A DNA stretch of 63,955 bases, counting the filler, from Reticulomyxa filosa (taxonomy: Eukaryota > Protista > Foraminifera), in NCBI GenBank assembly GCA_000512085.1. It is 16 parts of 16 records of this genome, joined end to end, with 100 filler letters (N's around TTAATTAATTAA, not from the genome) between each part and the next. Parts side by side here need not be neighbours in the genome. Positions count along the whole stretch, not along the records: positions 44,607 to 52,973 come from ASPP01004187.1; positions 53,074 to 55,450 come from ASPP01020914.1; positions 55,551 to 57,737 come from ASPP01029313.1; positions 57,838 to 60,355 come from ASPP01048772.1; positions 60,456 to 62,195 come from ASPP01048582.1; 11 more parts are not named here. One strand, given 5' to 3'. Each line of letters starts with the position of its first letter. The stretch's first letter is position 1. Below, piece by piece: positions 49,152 to 62,100 of the stretch. The translations under genes were made by a program, and so were the position numbers. The notes under the pieces were generated by a model that was not told where the DNA came from, did not search any database, and saw only the letters and a list, made by a program, of their open reading frames with translations.

Positions 49152-50429
49152 ATGGGTAACCGGACTACAACACAAAAATCTACTAACAGACAAACTGAAC
49201 AAAAGCAAACTCTTACTATCTCAACTCCTTTTCAAAGTTTGAAAGACTTGCCAACTCTACTTTGTGAATCTCAATGTGTGCTATACAAACACGAAATCCT
49301 CATTTGTGGAGGTGCATATAAAAGAAATTGTTATTCTTATCATACACTTAAAAACGAATACAAACTTATCTGTGAGTATCCATATGATATTAACTTATGG
49401 GGACATTGTGTAATAAAACTGGTAGATAACAAGGACAGCAATAAAGATAGTAATAAAATTACTTTATTGTCTTTTGGCGGAAACAGATCTACAAAAAAAT
49501 TTACATTAATAATGAATTATGTAAGTGTTTGGAGTGATGACAATCAAATGAATAAGTTAAACGATTACAATAGATGGATTCCTTTTACAGATAATCAACA
49601 TCATCCAATTCACATTGGAAGAGATGATTGTTATTTTGGAGTAACACGTGCAGTGATTGGTGGAAGTAATAACCATTTGTTATTTATCATTTATAGTTAT
49701 AATAATATTAGCGTATTTAATTTAAATACATTTCAATTTATTAGATATGATATTTTACCAACTAAAAGGGCAATAATTTTCCTTGTTTTGTATCGAAATC
49801 AAAAATAGACAAGAACAAGAAACGATGAAAATAAATGGAGAAAATAAGAAAAAGAATTATGAAATGTTATTATTTGTTATAATGAAGGATTATCAATTGA
49901 ATATGATGAAAATAACAACACTTTTCAATTTTATCAACTACCTGTTTGTGATGATATTACACCATTCAGTAACTATACATATGTACATGTCAATGATTTC
50001 ATCTTGTTCTTTGGTGGATATGGTTGGAAGGATAATACTTATGCTACTTCAAAATCAGTACATAAATATTCAATACAAGAAAACAAATGGATTACATTTG
50101 AACATACTTTACCTGTTCCATTATATGGTCGTTTTGGGATATTAAATGAAGATAACACTTGTATACATATAATTGGAGGAAATTTTGAAAAAAGTACAGC
50201 ACCAACACACATGAAGACAAAAGTGAGTGAATGGAGGAATGCCTCACATTTGGTAAGATTCTTTTTTAAATATAAATAAATTTTATTGTATTGAAATTGA
50301 TTCAAAAACAATCAATAGCCCAATAATGAAATAAAACTTATTATTCAACATTGGACTCGAAGTGTAAAGATAAAATTAGGATGGATTGATGATTTTAACA
50401 AAATTATTATTAAATATAATAAAATATAA
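49152..50429 (+). pseudogene. Kelch-repeat protein with an N-terminal myristoylation-type MG start, frameshifted
   Basis: ILICGG..CYSY, LLSFGG, AVIGG, LFFGG and IHIIGG repeats are present, with frameshifts at ~49770-49880. After intron 50253-50318 the last exon reads PNNEIKLIIQHWTRSVKIKLGWIDDFNKIIIKYNKI*. Confidence 0.8.
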
Positions 50430-50595
50430 TAGTAGAATAAAACATAAAGAGAAAAAAAAATCAGAAAATTAAATGTATTCTTTCATCTTTATAAATATAA
50501 AACATTAGCGCAAATTTGTTTTAAGTGATTTGATTTTTTTGATAAATTAATACTATTTTTTAATAACCAAATTAATGTCATAGTTACAATTATTA

Positions 50596-50808
50596 TTGCT
50601 TTATTTGTTATCTTTTAATTTTGGATCAGCGGATAATATAGTTTGTGTATATGATAATATTGGAGTTATTGATAGTTCAAATGTGGTGGTGTGCTCTGAA
50701 TCATTTGATAATACAATTCGTTTTTTGGACATTCGATCAAATAAGAATGAATTGAATATAATCAATGAAAGTAAAGGAAAAAATCGACTATCATCAAATG
50801 TTGAATAA
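50596..50808 (+). pseudogene. Short WD40 relic
   Basis: SNVVVCSESFDNTIRFLDIRSNKNEL. Confidence 0.7.
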
Positions 50809-51727
50809 TTAATACTATACAATAATTGAATGTTTTGATTAATTTAGATGATACAAACGTGAAATTTTGTTTGCAAGACGTTCAATACACCCCGTACTAA
50901 CGAGAAAATACTTGGTGAAAGTGAATACGAAAATATTGCTATCTGAGCAACTTTTCAATAAGAAGCAAGCATATTAAATCAATGAGAATAAAAATGACAA
51001 CAGTAAAGAAGAAAACTAGAAAAAGAAGTAAGTTGGCAGGGAAAAGGAGTCTCAAGACTCACTTGAATCTCGACACCAAACAGTATTGCCTGTCTTTGCA
51101 TAATTTTATGCAGTTTATATAATAATTTTTTAAATGTTTCATTTGCTATTTTAGGTTTAAAATCAAATATATTGATATTACTATATTTATACAGTAGAAT
51201 GCAAAGTAAAGTTGACACATAAAACGACACCTTATATAGATGATTGATTTTCTTCATGAAAAAACAATATTCAGATCTAATTTTTAAAAAAATATCTACA
51301 AATCGTGTAGTTTTAAATATCATTTTGAATTTAGTTTTTTATTAAATCTTTCATAATTGTTTAAAAAATTTGAAAATTTCGAGAAAAAGTTGACAATCGT
51401 GCATGTCGTAACTGTGAAATTTGCCAAATTTTTGTAAGCATTTTCAGAAAGTGATCAATGCGTATATATTTAAAAAAAAATTAGCCTTTTACGTTGCATA
51501 GTTTTTGAGAAAACTTAATTTTTTGTTATCAAAAATTATTTTTTTGCATAATGTTATTTTTAAAGTTTTACATTGTGAATGCATGATGATTTTTTACTAC
51601 TGTTTGCTTTGTCTTTACTTATAATTGGCTTTTTTTGCTTTTTTTTGTCAAATGACAAACAAGTCAATTTAATTTAAAAGTATCAGAACTGAAAATTTTT
51701 TTTGTCGTAAGATTTTTTTAGTGAAAA

Positions 51728-52330
51728 TTACCATTTGGTTAAATCACCTTTTGCATTGTATAATGCTTGTATTCACTATGACATTAATTTTATTAAATTT
51801 GTGCATGTTTCTTTGTCTAATTTTTTCAATTCTAATTTAAATTGTTTCCAATGTTCTTCTTTTGGTCTGAATAGTCTATTTTTGTATATTTTTGTTTTCA
51901 CTGTCCACAACAGATTTTCGATTGTGTTCATGTCTGGAGAATTTAGATGGAAATTCAATGCTTTGATGGCATTTTGTTTAACTATTCCTTTTCTTTAATT
52001 GCTTTGTGGTTGTTGACATTATCTTGCTGAAATATCTAATTTTCATTATTTTCTAAACATCAATTTACGCACACATTTCTACTGTATGAAATAAATAATG
52101 AACAATTATCAAAACGTCAATACATAATTATTAAATATTTCATAAATTTTTGTTTGTTTTGTTCTTTTGGTAACCTTTGTGTGTTTTGATCGTAAATGAG
52201 AATGTGTTAATTCACTTACAATATGTTGTAATATTTTTGAAGAAGGGATGCTTGAAATATTGTGTTGATTGATCGGAAAAGAAAATTGTTCATTTAATTC
52301 ACTCTAAAAACAAAAATTCTTGCAGTTTAT
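51728..52330 (-). mobile_element. Degraded Tc1-family (DD34E) transposase
   Basis: TIFFSDQS (first D, ~52270), IFQQDNVNNH and NSPDMNTIENLLW are present. After repairing one A-run frameshift and a TAG, the second D and the E are 34 residues apart. Confidence 0.8.
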
Positions 52331-53073
52331 TTAAATTGGCCTATGTTGTTTTATTATGTCTACCACAGAGAACATGAGAATTTATAAATGAATATAGACT
52401 AGTGCATAAAGAAGCATATAAAATACACTAATTTCAACGAGACACTGTATTGATCAGGGCTATAATGCTCAAGATAGACACCATAAATAAGCCGTACTTA
52501 TAAAAGATTACTCCAAACTGTGACCCGAAAGAGGGAAAACGAGCACAAGCAAGCGCTTTTTTTTTTTAAGAAAAAAGAAATATCCATATAATGGAGAACA
52601 AAGAAAAAGATGATGTGGAACATGGACAACAATGGAAGTATAGAGGGCATCCCAAAACAATGAGCACGGTTAATTGTTGCTCCAACAACAGCAAAAAAAA
52701 AGAGAGTGAGGAAAAAAGGAAAAATATAATTGGGTGTGTACATAAATGATATATGCATGGGATTAGTTGATGGACAATGAAGAAATGACAGAAAACAAGA
52801 AATTGCGACAACGTCTAAAGGAAGCAGAAGAGAAGAACAAGGCATTGGAGGAACATGTGAAGGAGATGACATGTCGAAACGACTATTATAAGACAGTTTT
52901 GTAATTAAAAATTATGAGCCAAAAGAGAAGGAAAAAAAAAAAAAAAAAAAAAAAATAAAAAAAAAAAAAAAAANNNNNNNNNNNNNNNNNNNNNNNNNNN
53001 NNNNNNNNNNNNNNNNNTTAATTAATTAANNNNNNNNNNNNNNNNNNNNNNNNNNNNNNNNNNNNNNNNNNNN

Positions 53074-53108
<35 letters not shown>

Positions 53109-53149
53109 TAAAATAAAAAATTTTTTTTTTTTTTTTTTTTTTTTTTAAT

Positions 53150-54049
53150 GAAATTACACATAAAAAGTATCCTTTTCAAATTTACTTTCAAAACTACAGT
53201 TTGCAAAATGTCCATCCATTGGCGACGAACACTTTCGGAATCAGCTGCCACTTCCATTTGCAGATCAGGATTTGCCACACGGATTACAAATCTATAAACA
53301 GTGTCCTCCCCCCCTCCCTCTCATTGTTATATGTATGTATATACGTGTACATACACATATGTGTATATATATATATATAAATATAAATTTTTTTTTTTGT
53401 CCTCTGTCTCTTCTTTTTCGTCTTTTACATACCCAAAGCAATATTTGCTGTCACCACGCTTGCCCCAACTCTCCCAAACCCAAGTGTTACCCATTGGCAA
53501 AAAAATCTTTTTGTAAGGCTTCATATCTGCATCACGACTTTCTGTCGCGAACAGTCAAAGGCCACACCACCCTGAAGACAATTTGAGAGCCGATACTGAC
53601 TTATGAACAAATGGAACACAAGCACACACACACAGAACGTTGGAACTCAACTTTCAAAAAGTAGCCCTTCGTCCACTTCCACCAGTCTCCAGTATCTAAC
53701 AAGTCCATTACAAAATGGATTATTTATGGTGTAGGGATTGCCGAAAAATGGCTCAATTCCATAGTTTTTTTTTTTTTTTAAAAAAAAAAAGGGGGGAGAG
53801 GGGAGGAGATTTTTTTTTTTTTAAATACCCAGACCTTAGTTTCCAAGAGGATTTAAGTCCGAAAGCAAATTTGTGATCATGTTTCGTTCGTTCAATATTT
53901 CTCGTTTTTAGAAAGCCACTTAAAAGAATCTTTTTGTCTTTGGAATCAATCGACGTGTCTTTTTTCTCCTCGCTTTCGAACACTTGTTCTTCGGCAGCTT
54001 CTGTGTTCGGCTCTGCCTTGTTATTGATCTTCCCACAAATGCAGTACAT
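53150..54049 (-). CDS. PH-domain protein (multi-exon, partial)
   Basis: ILLSGFLK...SSWKLR forms the PH N-terminal strands and FVIRVANPDLQMEVAADSESVRRQWMDILQ the C-terminal helix. Middle exons are unresolved. Confidence 0.65.
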
Positions 54050-54812
54050 TCGACGATTTTGAATTGGAACAAAAAAAATAAATAAATCGTAGTGCACCCT
54101 TTTAAAGTACTTTCAGATGACGATTAAACAGTTTTATTAAAAAAAATTATAACGCAAGTGAAAACGGGGTAACAAAAATTCACCAATTAAGTAGTGCTAA
54201 CAAAAAATATTAAAAAACAAAAAAAAAAGAAAATTATCCGAAAAATTTCGTCCTTGTTCTATTTTTTTTTTTGTGTGTTTTTTTTATGATATCGTCGCTG
54301 GGTCTCACAAGCCTCTTTAAAACGTGTTGCTGTTGAGTACATAACTATGTACCTGTTAAAGTTTAACCCGATCGAAAATTCATCAGAAAGGCCAAAGATA
54401 TTTTTTCTTGAACAAGCCCACTTACACTTTTAGAAAAGTAGGCAATTAAAACGGTAGTGGTTCTGCTTTGAGCAGAAGGAATACAACAAAAAAAGGAAAT
54501 AATTATTATCCGCACTTCAAACAAAAAAGCCTGTTCAACTGTTCCCGTGGTTTTTATTGTGTTGTTATGTATTAAAGTGAAATTGCAAACGAAGGCCCAT
54601 TTGTGGCGTGTTTCGTTCATGAATTGTTGCTAACGTTTCAGCTCTTTTTTGTAGGTGAGTCAAAACAATATTTTGCTTCTTAAAAACATGAAATCTTGCA
54701 ATTTCAAATTCCGTGTTGTGTTTGTTTATTGTAAACAGATGAGTGAGGGAAAACGGTGACAAGAAAAAAAGAATGAAAAGGGCAAGCTAGAAGAAAATAA
54801 TCTAGCAAGATT

Positions 54813-55410
54813 ATGGAGGATGAGAAAAACTGGACTGAATGGCATTATATCACTGTTATTTGGTTTGGATTGACATATCTTGTATTCGTCCCTGTTTGTT
54901 GCTATGAAATAAAGCGTTATTGGGACGCAAGAAATGAATATTTCATTGTCGGACGAAAGCCACTGTTGACACTTGCCTTATTTTTGGCATTGTTATTTGA
55001 TTGTGCAGGTTGTTTTTTTTTTTTTTAATACCATTGTTATTTCTGATTGATTTTCTTTTCTTTGAACAAAAGCACAAAGCAATTAATGTGTGTGTGTGTG
55101 TGGGAACGGGAATAAGTAACACTAATGCTTCGGTTGTGGTTAAGTGTGTTTGGTAATATACACATTTCGAGTCTATTAATACCAGAGGTTCTAAATATAG
55201 TGTTGATATTGCTCGTAGCATTGCGAAGGTTCTGGCACATAATGTTTGACCATCAATACCACCAGCACCAAATTCAGAGCAAATGGTTGTTGACTAGCTC
55301 TCGTTACGACTCGTTTTTCCTTCAATACAAAAAAACATTCGGAGACGTATACTTCACGCGTAAAGTACTTATGCTATTATTTTTTGTGATCGCTATTGTT
55401 TGCACGTCGG
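54813..55410 (+). CDS. 5' part of a multi-pass membrane protein, resembling 7TM(-RGS)-type receptors
   Basis: Hydrophobic helices with RKPLL after TM1, RFWHIMF...W...FF...FG and then a further TM segment. One intron; truncated at the contig end. No RGS domain is visible in the window. Confidence 0.55.
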
Positions 55411-55450
<40 letters not shown>

Positions 55451-55774
55451 NNNNNNNNNNNNNNNNNNNNNNNNNNNNNNNNNNNNNNNNNNNNTTAATT
55501 AATTAANNNNNNNNNNNNNNNNNNNNNNNNNNNNNNNNNNNNNNNNNNNNCACTCGAAATTAATTTAGAATAAACACTTTCACGATTCTGTTAGTAAACA
55601 AAAAATTTGATATCTTTCTAAGTGAATACAAAATTTGTGATTGATGCACTTTTTTTATAATTTTGAGACTGGCTTGACTAAAAAGAACAACTATTCCAAT
55701 GAATCACAGACTTTGATGTATGGATAACCCGACCGCAAATGTTCAAAAAAATATTAGCACACCACAAGACCATT

Positions 55775-56053
55775 AGGTCAGACCATGCATCTCACATGGA
55801 CTGTTAGCCTATTTACAAATATTTTTAAGCCTATCCAACGATATGTTTCTTCATGAGACATATAATAGGGGAAGATCTCTTTCGTTATGGCCTTTGGCAG
55901 AAGTACTAGTAAATATAGTAGCAGGAGCTTGCTCCGAGGATTAACCGCCAATTTTATTGTAAGAACCCCTTCTATCACCTCTAGGATTTCTGCTCGAGAC
56001 CGTGGTGGAGGCCTAAGGGGCCTGCTTTAACGGACCCCTCCAATTTTTTTTTT
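55775..56053. other. GC-richer island with several inverted repeats (possible structured RNA or short repeat element)
   Basis: Hairpins cagaccatg/catggactg, ggagc-ttg-ctcc and aggggcc...gacccct are followed by a T-run. Confidence 0.3.
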
Positions 56054-56149
56054 TAAAACTTGTTGTTGTCGTGTTGATATTTGTTTCCAAGCCATTGTTG
56101 TTTGCAAGCTTCCTGTTTGTCCTTTCTCAAAAATGTAAAGATTTTCGTT

Positions 56150-57043
56150 ATCTGAAGATTATGATAACGTCCAATGGTGGTGCTATCATCACTAGATATC
56201 CCAAAGCCACAGGCAACGATCTGGTGCAATGGAGACCACCTTTGTCCAAATCCGATACCAGCATTGTTGCCATTTGCAAAATCAAACAATTGTCCAATAA
56301 CTACATGTTCAAATACGATAGAAGACATTACATTGACAATCCCCGAAAGCCTATCTTGACCCCCTTTTTTTTGCTGCTGGTCTTTTTAATATGTATTTTA
56401 TTGCAAAAAAAAATAATAATAATGATATTATATTATTTACATTTTTTTTTAGTTTGTCTTTGTTCTCCTTGCACTATCTTTTCATTTTGCACGCATCGAA
56501 TATAATATATACGTATATGTGTATAATATATATAAATTTCATATAAAAACAAAACAAAAATAAAAAGGATTTAGTTTTGGACGAGGACATCGCTTATTGA
56601 ATGTTCCAACTAATCCATATTTGCCGTACTTGTTTGACGGCGAGGAAATATTGATGTCAACTCGATTGTGGACTCATGGATATGATTTATATTTGCCTGA
56701 TCGAGATATCATCTATCATATTTATGAACAGTATTACAAAAGACCTCTGTTTTGGAACGACAACTGGAATGAAGAAAAACGAGGAGCAGTGAAAGCAGCA
56801 CAAAATCGGATCAACTATATCCTCCAATTGTATGATCAATATCCCAAACGAGGACATTTAGATTTAAGAGATATAGATAAATATAGCTTAGGGAAACAAA
56901 GAGATCCAAAGCTGTTTTGGAGGTGGTTCAAGTACAACTTCCAGACAAAGGAGTCTCCAGATTTTTGTTCCAAATTAAGAAATGGAGGGTTTGTTCGTAT
57001 TCCTACTAATAGCGAACTTGCAACTCAATCCTTATATACATAA
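56150..57043 (+). CDS. GT60-family GlcNAc-transferase (Gnt1/Skp1-hydroxyproline GlcNAc-transferase-like), 3' exons
   Basis: GFSFGRGHRLLNVPTNPYLPYLFDGEEILMSTRLWTHGYDLYLP...YHIY. The upstream AIITRYP exon is plausibly part of the same gene. Confidence 0.75.
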
Positions 57044-57837
57044 TCTTGTTTCTCTCGCTATTTATTCAGATCGTTGTCAGGTGGGAACAATCACTTGGCT
57101 TGATTCAAATTATATGTTTCAAATTTGTTACTAATCATTTATGGAAGAAATAGCATTACACTCAAAAAAAAAAAAAGTGATATTTATATTTACAATAAAG
57201 CTATATCACAAGAAATTATATTATGATAATGCAATTTTGAATCTTCGGGTATAACCATTTATAAGTGTTCTTTCAAATTAAAATAAATTAAAAAAAATAG
57301 GCCTTATTATTGTCATGTCTTAATATTTTACAAAATGAAACACTTATTTCTCATTACAAATAATTATTGTCCATTATTTAAACCTTTAAATAATTTTAAA
57401 AGAAGTCATTGCACCCAATTTATTCATTTAAAGAGACTCGACATGTGATATCTACAAACAATTGAACAAAAAGCACTTGTACTTATATTATTTTTAAAAT
57501 AAACATAATCTATGATTTCTTGCAAAGAGTTCATTATGTATATATTTTGATTTAATGCAAGAATTATTTTCGCTTATTAGTTTAATGTTACGACAAAGAG
57601 TTTTATTAATTTTTTTACGTTAACAATAAAAAAGAGATACAATGTAACTGATTAGATTTTTATTCCATATATACAGTTTCAACATAATTTTTACAATTTT
57701 TTGTTTCATTATAACTATTGGCACTAACTTAACAAAANNNNNNNNNNNNNNNNNNNNNNNNNNNNNNNNNNNNNNNNNNNNTTAATTAATTAANNNNNNN
57801 NNNNNNNNNNNNNNNNNNNNNNNNNNNNNNNNNNNNN

Positions 57838-60355
57838 GAATCAACAAGGGTACAGTTACAGCCAAAGTTAATTATGAGACCGGCGATTGCAACGAAACTG
57901 GCAAGAGATTTCGCAAAGTATGATTGGAACAAGATTGTGGACCAGTGCAGTAAAAACGAATGGGAATACGCAAAGTCGCAAGGTTTCAAGATCCAAGACC
58001 AGTTGACGGGAACGTATACTGACGAAGTAGGTGAAAAAAACAAAGAAAATGATGCGGTAGTGCATGAGGACAAAATGGCTAACAAAAAAAAAGAACGGTA
58101 CAAGGATCCAGGATTCAGGTTTAGAAAATAAGAAAGTCAAACACTGGATGACATAGAACAAACAGTGGAAGAGCCCCAAGTATCAACACAGGGATCGGCA
58201 CAAGAGGTGACGGACTGGGATTCAAAACCAAGACAGGAGATGGTGGCAAGGTTGATAACGGATAAGGCGGAAGCAAGAGGGAATCAAAATTTGTATGAAA
58301 TAATTAGAGCAGTAACTAATGCTCTGGCAGAGATGACAGTGCATAAAGCTGAAATGCTGGCTGCACAGAGTACGTTGATGGATTTTGTGCAAAGTATATA
58401 TGCGCAAATACAAGACACGAATGTGGCAGTATACCGGATGCAGAACCAGATAGCGGAGATGAAAGATCAGAATGACAAAGATATAGGTTACCAAAACAAC
58501 CAAATTGATATGGTACTGGAGGGCATGGAAGAAAAAAAGAAAGAAATACACTGTATAACAAGTGGAACAGAAAACTTAGCGGATCAGATAATAGACTGAA
58601 GAAGCAAATAAATGAAGGGGAAAAAGAAGAATGACAAGATAGAAGGAAAAGGAAAATAGAAGATAAAGCTTATATTAGACAGAAAGAAAGAACGAATAAA
58701 TTAATCCTATTCGGGCAAGATCTGAACAGGATGACCAAGGTGGGGGAAATAAAGGCTAAACTTAGAGAAGTAATAAGTTTCTCAACATTCTTACCAGCAG
58801 TTAACCTGTATACAAGTAGGAGATGTGACAGAAAATACGTGATTATAGAAGCACAAACAACAATGGATGCGACAAAAATGAGAAGAATTTTGGTCCAAGC
58901 AAAAAAGTAAGGAAGACTAAAGGAAATATCGAGAGTAAAATATAAAAAGGGTAATGACTGAAGAAGCTTTGAAAATAAGAAGCAAACAAATTTTTGGACA
59001 GAAAGATGATAAAATTGAGCGGAGCGACCAGAACAAATATGTGGAAAAAGCCAGGAGATCAAGAAGAAAATCAGAGAAACAGAGGATCGTCAAGAAGCGA
59101 AAGAGAAAGATGTATATCAAAAAATTGAAGTTAGCAGCGAAGCAGGTTAATTGAAGGAAGTATAAGGAAAGGAGATTTTATTATGGGGTTATGTATGGAT
59201 GGAACAGATCAGGCGTTCTGTTTCTTGCAACTATCGGCAAAAATGATAGAGGTACAAAAAGCAAGAGCAGTAATGGGAAAAAGGAATTCAAAGTGATATT
59301 TCTGAATATGCATGGAGACTTTCGAAATAAAATAAACAAATACTCACCATTCAGGATTTTCTTGAATAAACAAAAAGCGGACATAATCGGATGCTGCGAA
59401 ACAAAATTAGTGGTAAATTTGAAACAATGATATGAAAATAATACATCAACTATCATATTACAGAGCATTAACAAGCGAGATAAAACCAAGCAATGGAATG
59501 TGTATGATAATAGATAGTACACAAGAACACAAAGTTAAGTTAAACAAGTATGCATTGGATTTTATAAGTATGGCGATCTTTGAGGATATACCTATGGTGG
59601 TAATTTTCGTATATATCCATCCGATGGATAAAATCAATGCAGTACATATAGATAGGGCGTGGAAGGGCATACAAAACGTAGTAAATGTCTTTCAGAGCCT
59701 ACGATATGCAATACTACTGATGGGAGACATGAATGCAAGAACTATGTATACGGGGGGCCAATAATGTGCACATTTGAACAAGGAAAAACTGGAAATACAA
59801 GATCAATGAGACTACATGCACCATACCACTGTAGGGTAAGTAACGAGACAGAACGGATCCAAAGGGCGGCTAAAGCATTCGTGGAAACAAAGCGGAAGGA
59901 GAATATGGATGGTAGAACGGTAAAAGAGAGGTACAATATAATAATGGAGGAACTGTACAAAACATTAATTGATAGGAAAGTGATAACATTCAGAAAGAAC
60001 CCTACAGAATTGGCAGGAAATCGAAGGCCAGAGACTGAAGAGCTCCATAACATATTGGAAGAAATAAATAAAAAGATACAGATGAACGAGCATGAATCCG
60101 AGCGTGTAAATGATTTAATAGAAAAGTACCAAAATGAGCAACAAAAACAAAGCCAAAAGGAGATAGAAAGGTTATTGAATAAAATACAAGAGCAACACAA
60201 AAAGAGGAATGACTTTGAGGTATATAAAAGAATCAGACTGGAGGATAAAGGAGAATGGTTCCCGGTGTACGATGAGTGAGAAATAGTAATCCAGCAAAGC
60301 GAAAAGATTAAAGTGATATCAAAGTATTACGAAAAATTATACAGTGAGGATGAAG
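57838..60355 (+). mobile_element. Degraded non-LTR retrotransposon (LINE): coiled-coil ORF1 and APE-endonuclease start of ORF2
   Basis: KVIFLNMHG, DIIGCCETK, VIFVYIHP and ILLMGDMNA (~59290-59740) are present, then KYYEKLYS just before the missing RT. The strand is strongly A-rich, with stops and frameshifts. Confidence 0.82.
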
Positions 60356-60967
60356 NNNNNNNNNNNNNNNNNNNNNNNNNNNNNNNNNNNNNNNNNNNNT
60401 TAATTAATTAANNNNNNNNNNNNNNNNNNNNNNNNNNNNNNNNNNNNNNNNNNNNTTGAATCATCAAGGCAATAAACGCTCTTTCAGTTTTGTTCCTTTA
60501 TTCCGATGGATTTCTCTTTTGTACTTTGTTTCTTCTCAGATCTCTATTTTCGTATTACATGTCCATTAAAAAAAAAAAAAAAGGCTTTTCTGTTGAAAGT
60601 GGACGTGCAGAACCAGCTACTCCGTCTTCATCTAGAAAAATAACTGATAATCATGCACAGAGATCTACACTGTCAGATAGTGCTTCCATTACTGAAGATA
60701 TCACATTCATTACTAGTTATAATCGAACTGATAGAGATCCCACACCAAGTAATCACGATCTTCATAATGGGCTGACCATAACTAAAGAATTGTAACTTAT
60801 TTTGCAAGTTTTTTTTTTTTTTCTTCTTCACTTCAAAAGGAACAAAAAGGTGGAAGAGATACAAAAAAAAAAAAAAAAACAAACAAAAAACAGGTAAGCA
60901 AACAAAAACTTAACATTAAAAGTGATAAGTATCAAAATATTAAAAAAAAAAAATTATCAAACTGTTT

Positions 60968-62100
60968 CTACGTATACTGCATATATACGTACTTTAAATT
61001 CATAAAAGCTTTAAAGCGTTTCAAAGCCTCATCGATAACAGGCTGATAGCAATATCTGCTCATCTCGCTCAAAATCAGAGGTCTCAACAATGCATGTGTC
61101 TCTTCGTCTTCGTCTTTGTCTCCTTGCCAGTCAATTTTTTTAAACACTGTGAGTAACACTTTGCGCATAAAGGCCTTAAATTGTTGCGCAAGAACATCGT
61201 CATCATTAATTATATGGAAAACAGCTTGTGCGGCATCCAGGACGGTAAACCAAATGGAATAAGCGGTTTCATTTTCAAATGACACAATCAAATTCAATAA
61301 ATTTTCGGTCGCTTGTGGGATTGCCCGCTTGTGCAACTGCCAAAGTGTCTCGCACCAAGCATATCTTATCTGATACGTTCAAGTTTTTATCACCGCTTCG
61401 CAATGCGTGAGTCAAGCTCTCCATCAGTGTCTTGTCATACTGACACGCATAAAAGCCACTGCTGTCCGCATTCAAGTGCACCCATTTTGTGTTCTTTGGC
61501 AAATCCACAATTTGTTTCTTTTTTTCAAACAACACTGTTATCGTTTCATTTCCGATCCGAAGTTTCATTGGAATATTCCAAACTATTTTTTCCTTTTTTT
61601 TTTTAAAAAAAAAAAAAAAAGTATAATTTATTTATTTGTACGTATACAACAATTCAATTCAGCAACAACAAAAAAAAAAACACCTGTTCTTTAGTAAGTG
61701 TTCCTGAGGACAAATGACGGATTTGCGTGAGTATAAGCTTGTCGTCACTTCGAACACCGGTGACCAGAGGGAAGCCTTGCTCTTTGGTCCAGTTGCGCAT
61801 AATTGTGCCGACAGGAGCTTTCATTTCCTTTCCCAGAAAATCCCACAAGTCTATGGTTTTGGCATTGGAATAGCGAAAGTTGTTCAAGTACTTGGTCAAA
61901 CCTTTTCGAAACACATCGTCGCCCAAATAAACTTGCAACATTCGAACCAGCGAAGCCCCTTTGGCATACGATATCGGATCAAACACCTCATCTGCCTGCT
62001 CTGCCGTTTGCACTTCAACCTCAATAGGATGGCTTGTCGTCATCCCATCCAATTCAAATGCCATTGCAAACGAATACACGACAAAGAGATCCCACATCTG
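60968..62100 (-). CDS. M1-family (puromycin-sensitive-like) aminopeptidase fragment
   Basis: LDGMTTSHPIEVEV, EVFDPISYAKGASLVRML, WTKEQGFPLV and WVHLNADSSGFYACQYD are present. Intron at ~61590-61683. There is an apparent frameshift near 61310 (pseudogene or sequence error). Confidence 0.88.

Noticed and set aside
55860-55960. U2/U4 snRNA or RNase P RNA, suggested by GGAGCTTGCTCC and GGGAAGATCT
   Set aside because: No branch-point recognition sequence GTAGTA in the right context, no correctly ordered Sm site, and no P4 partner strand found.
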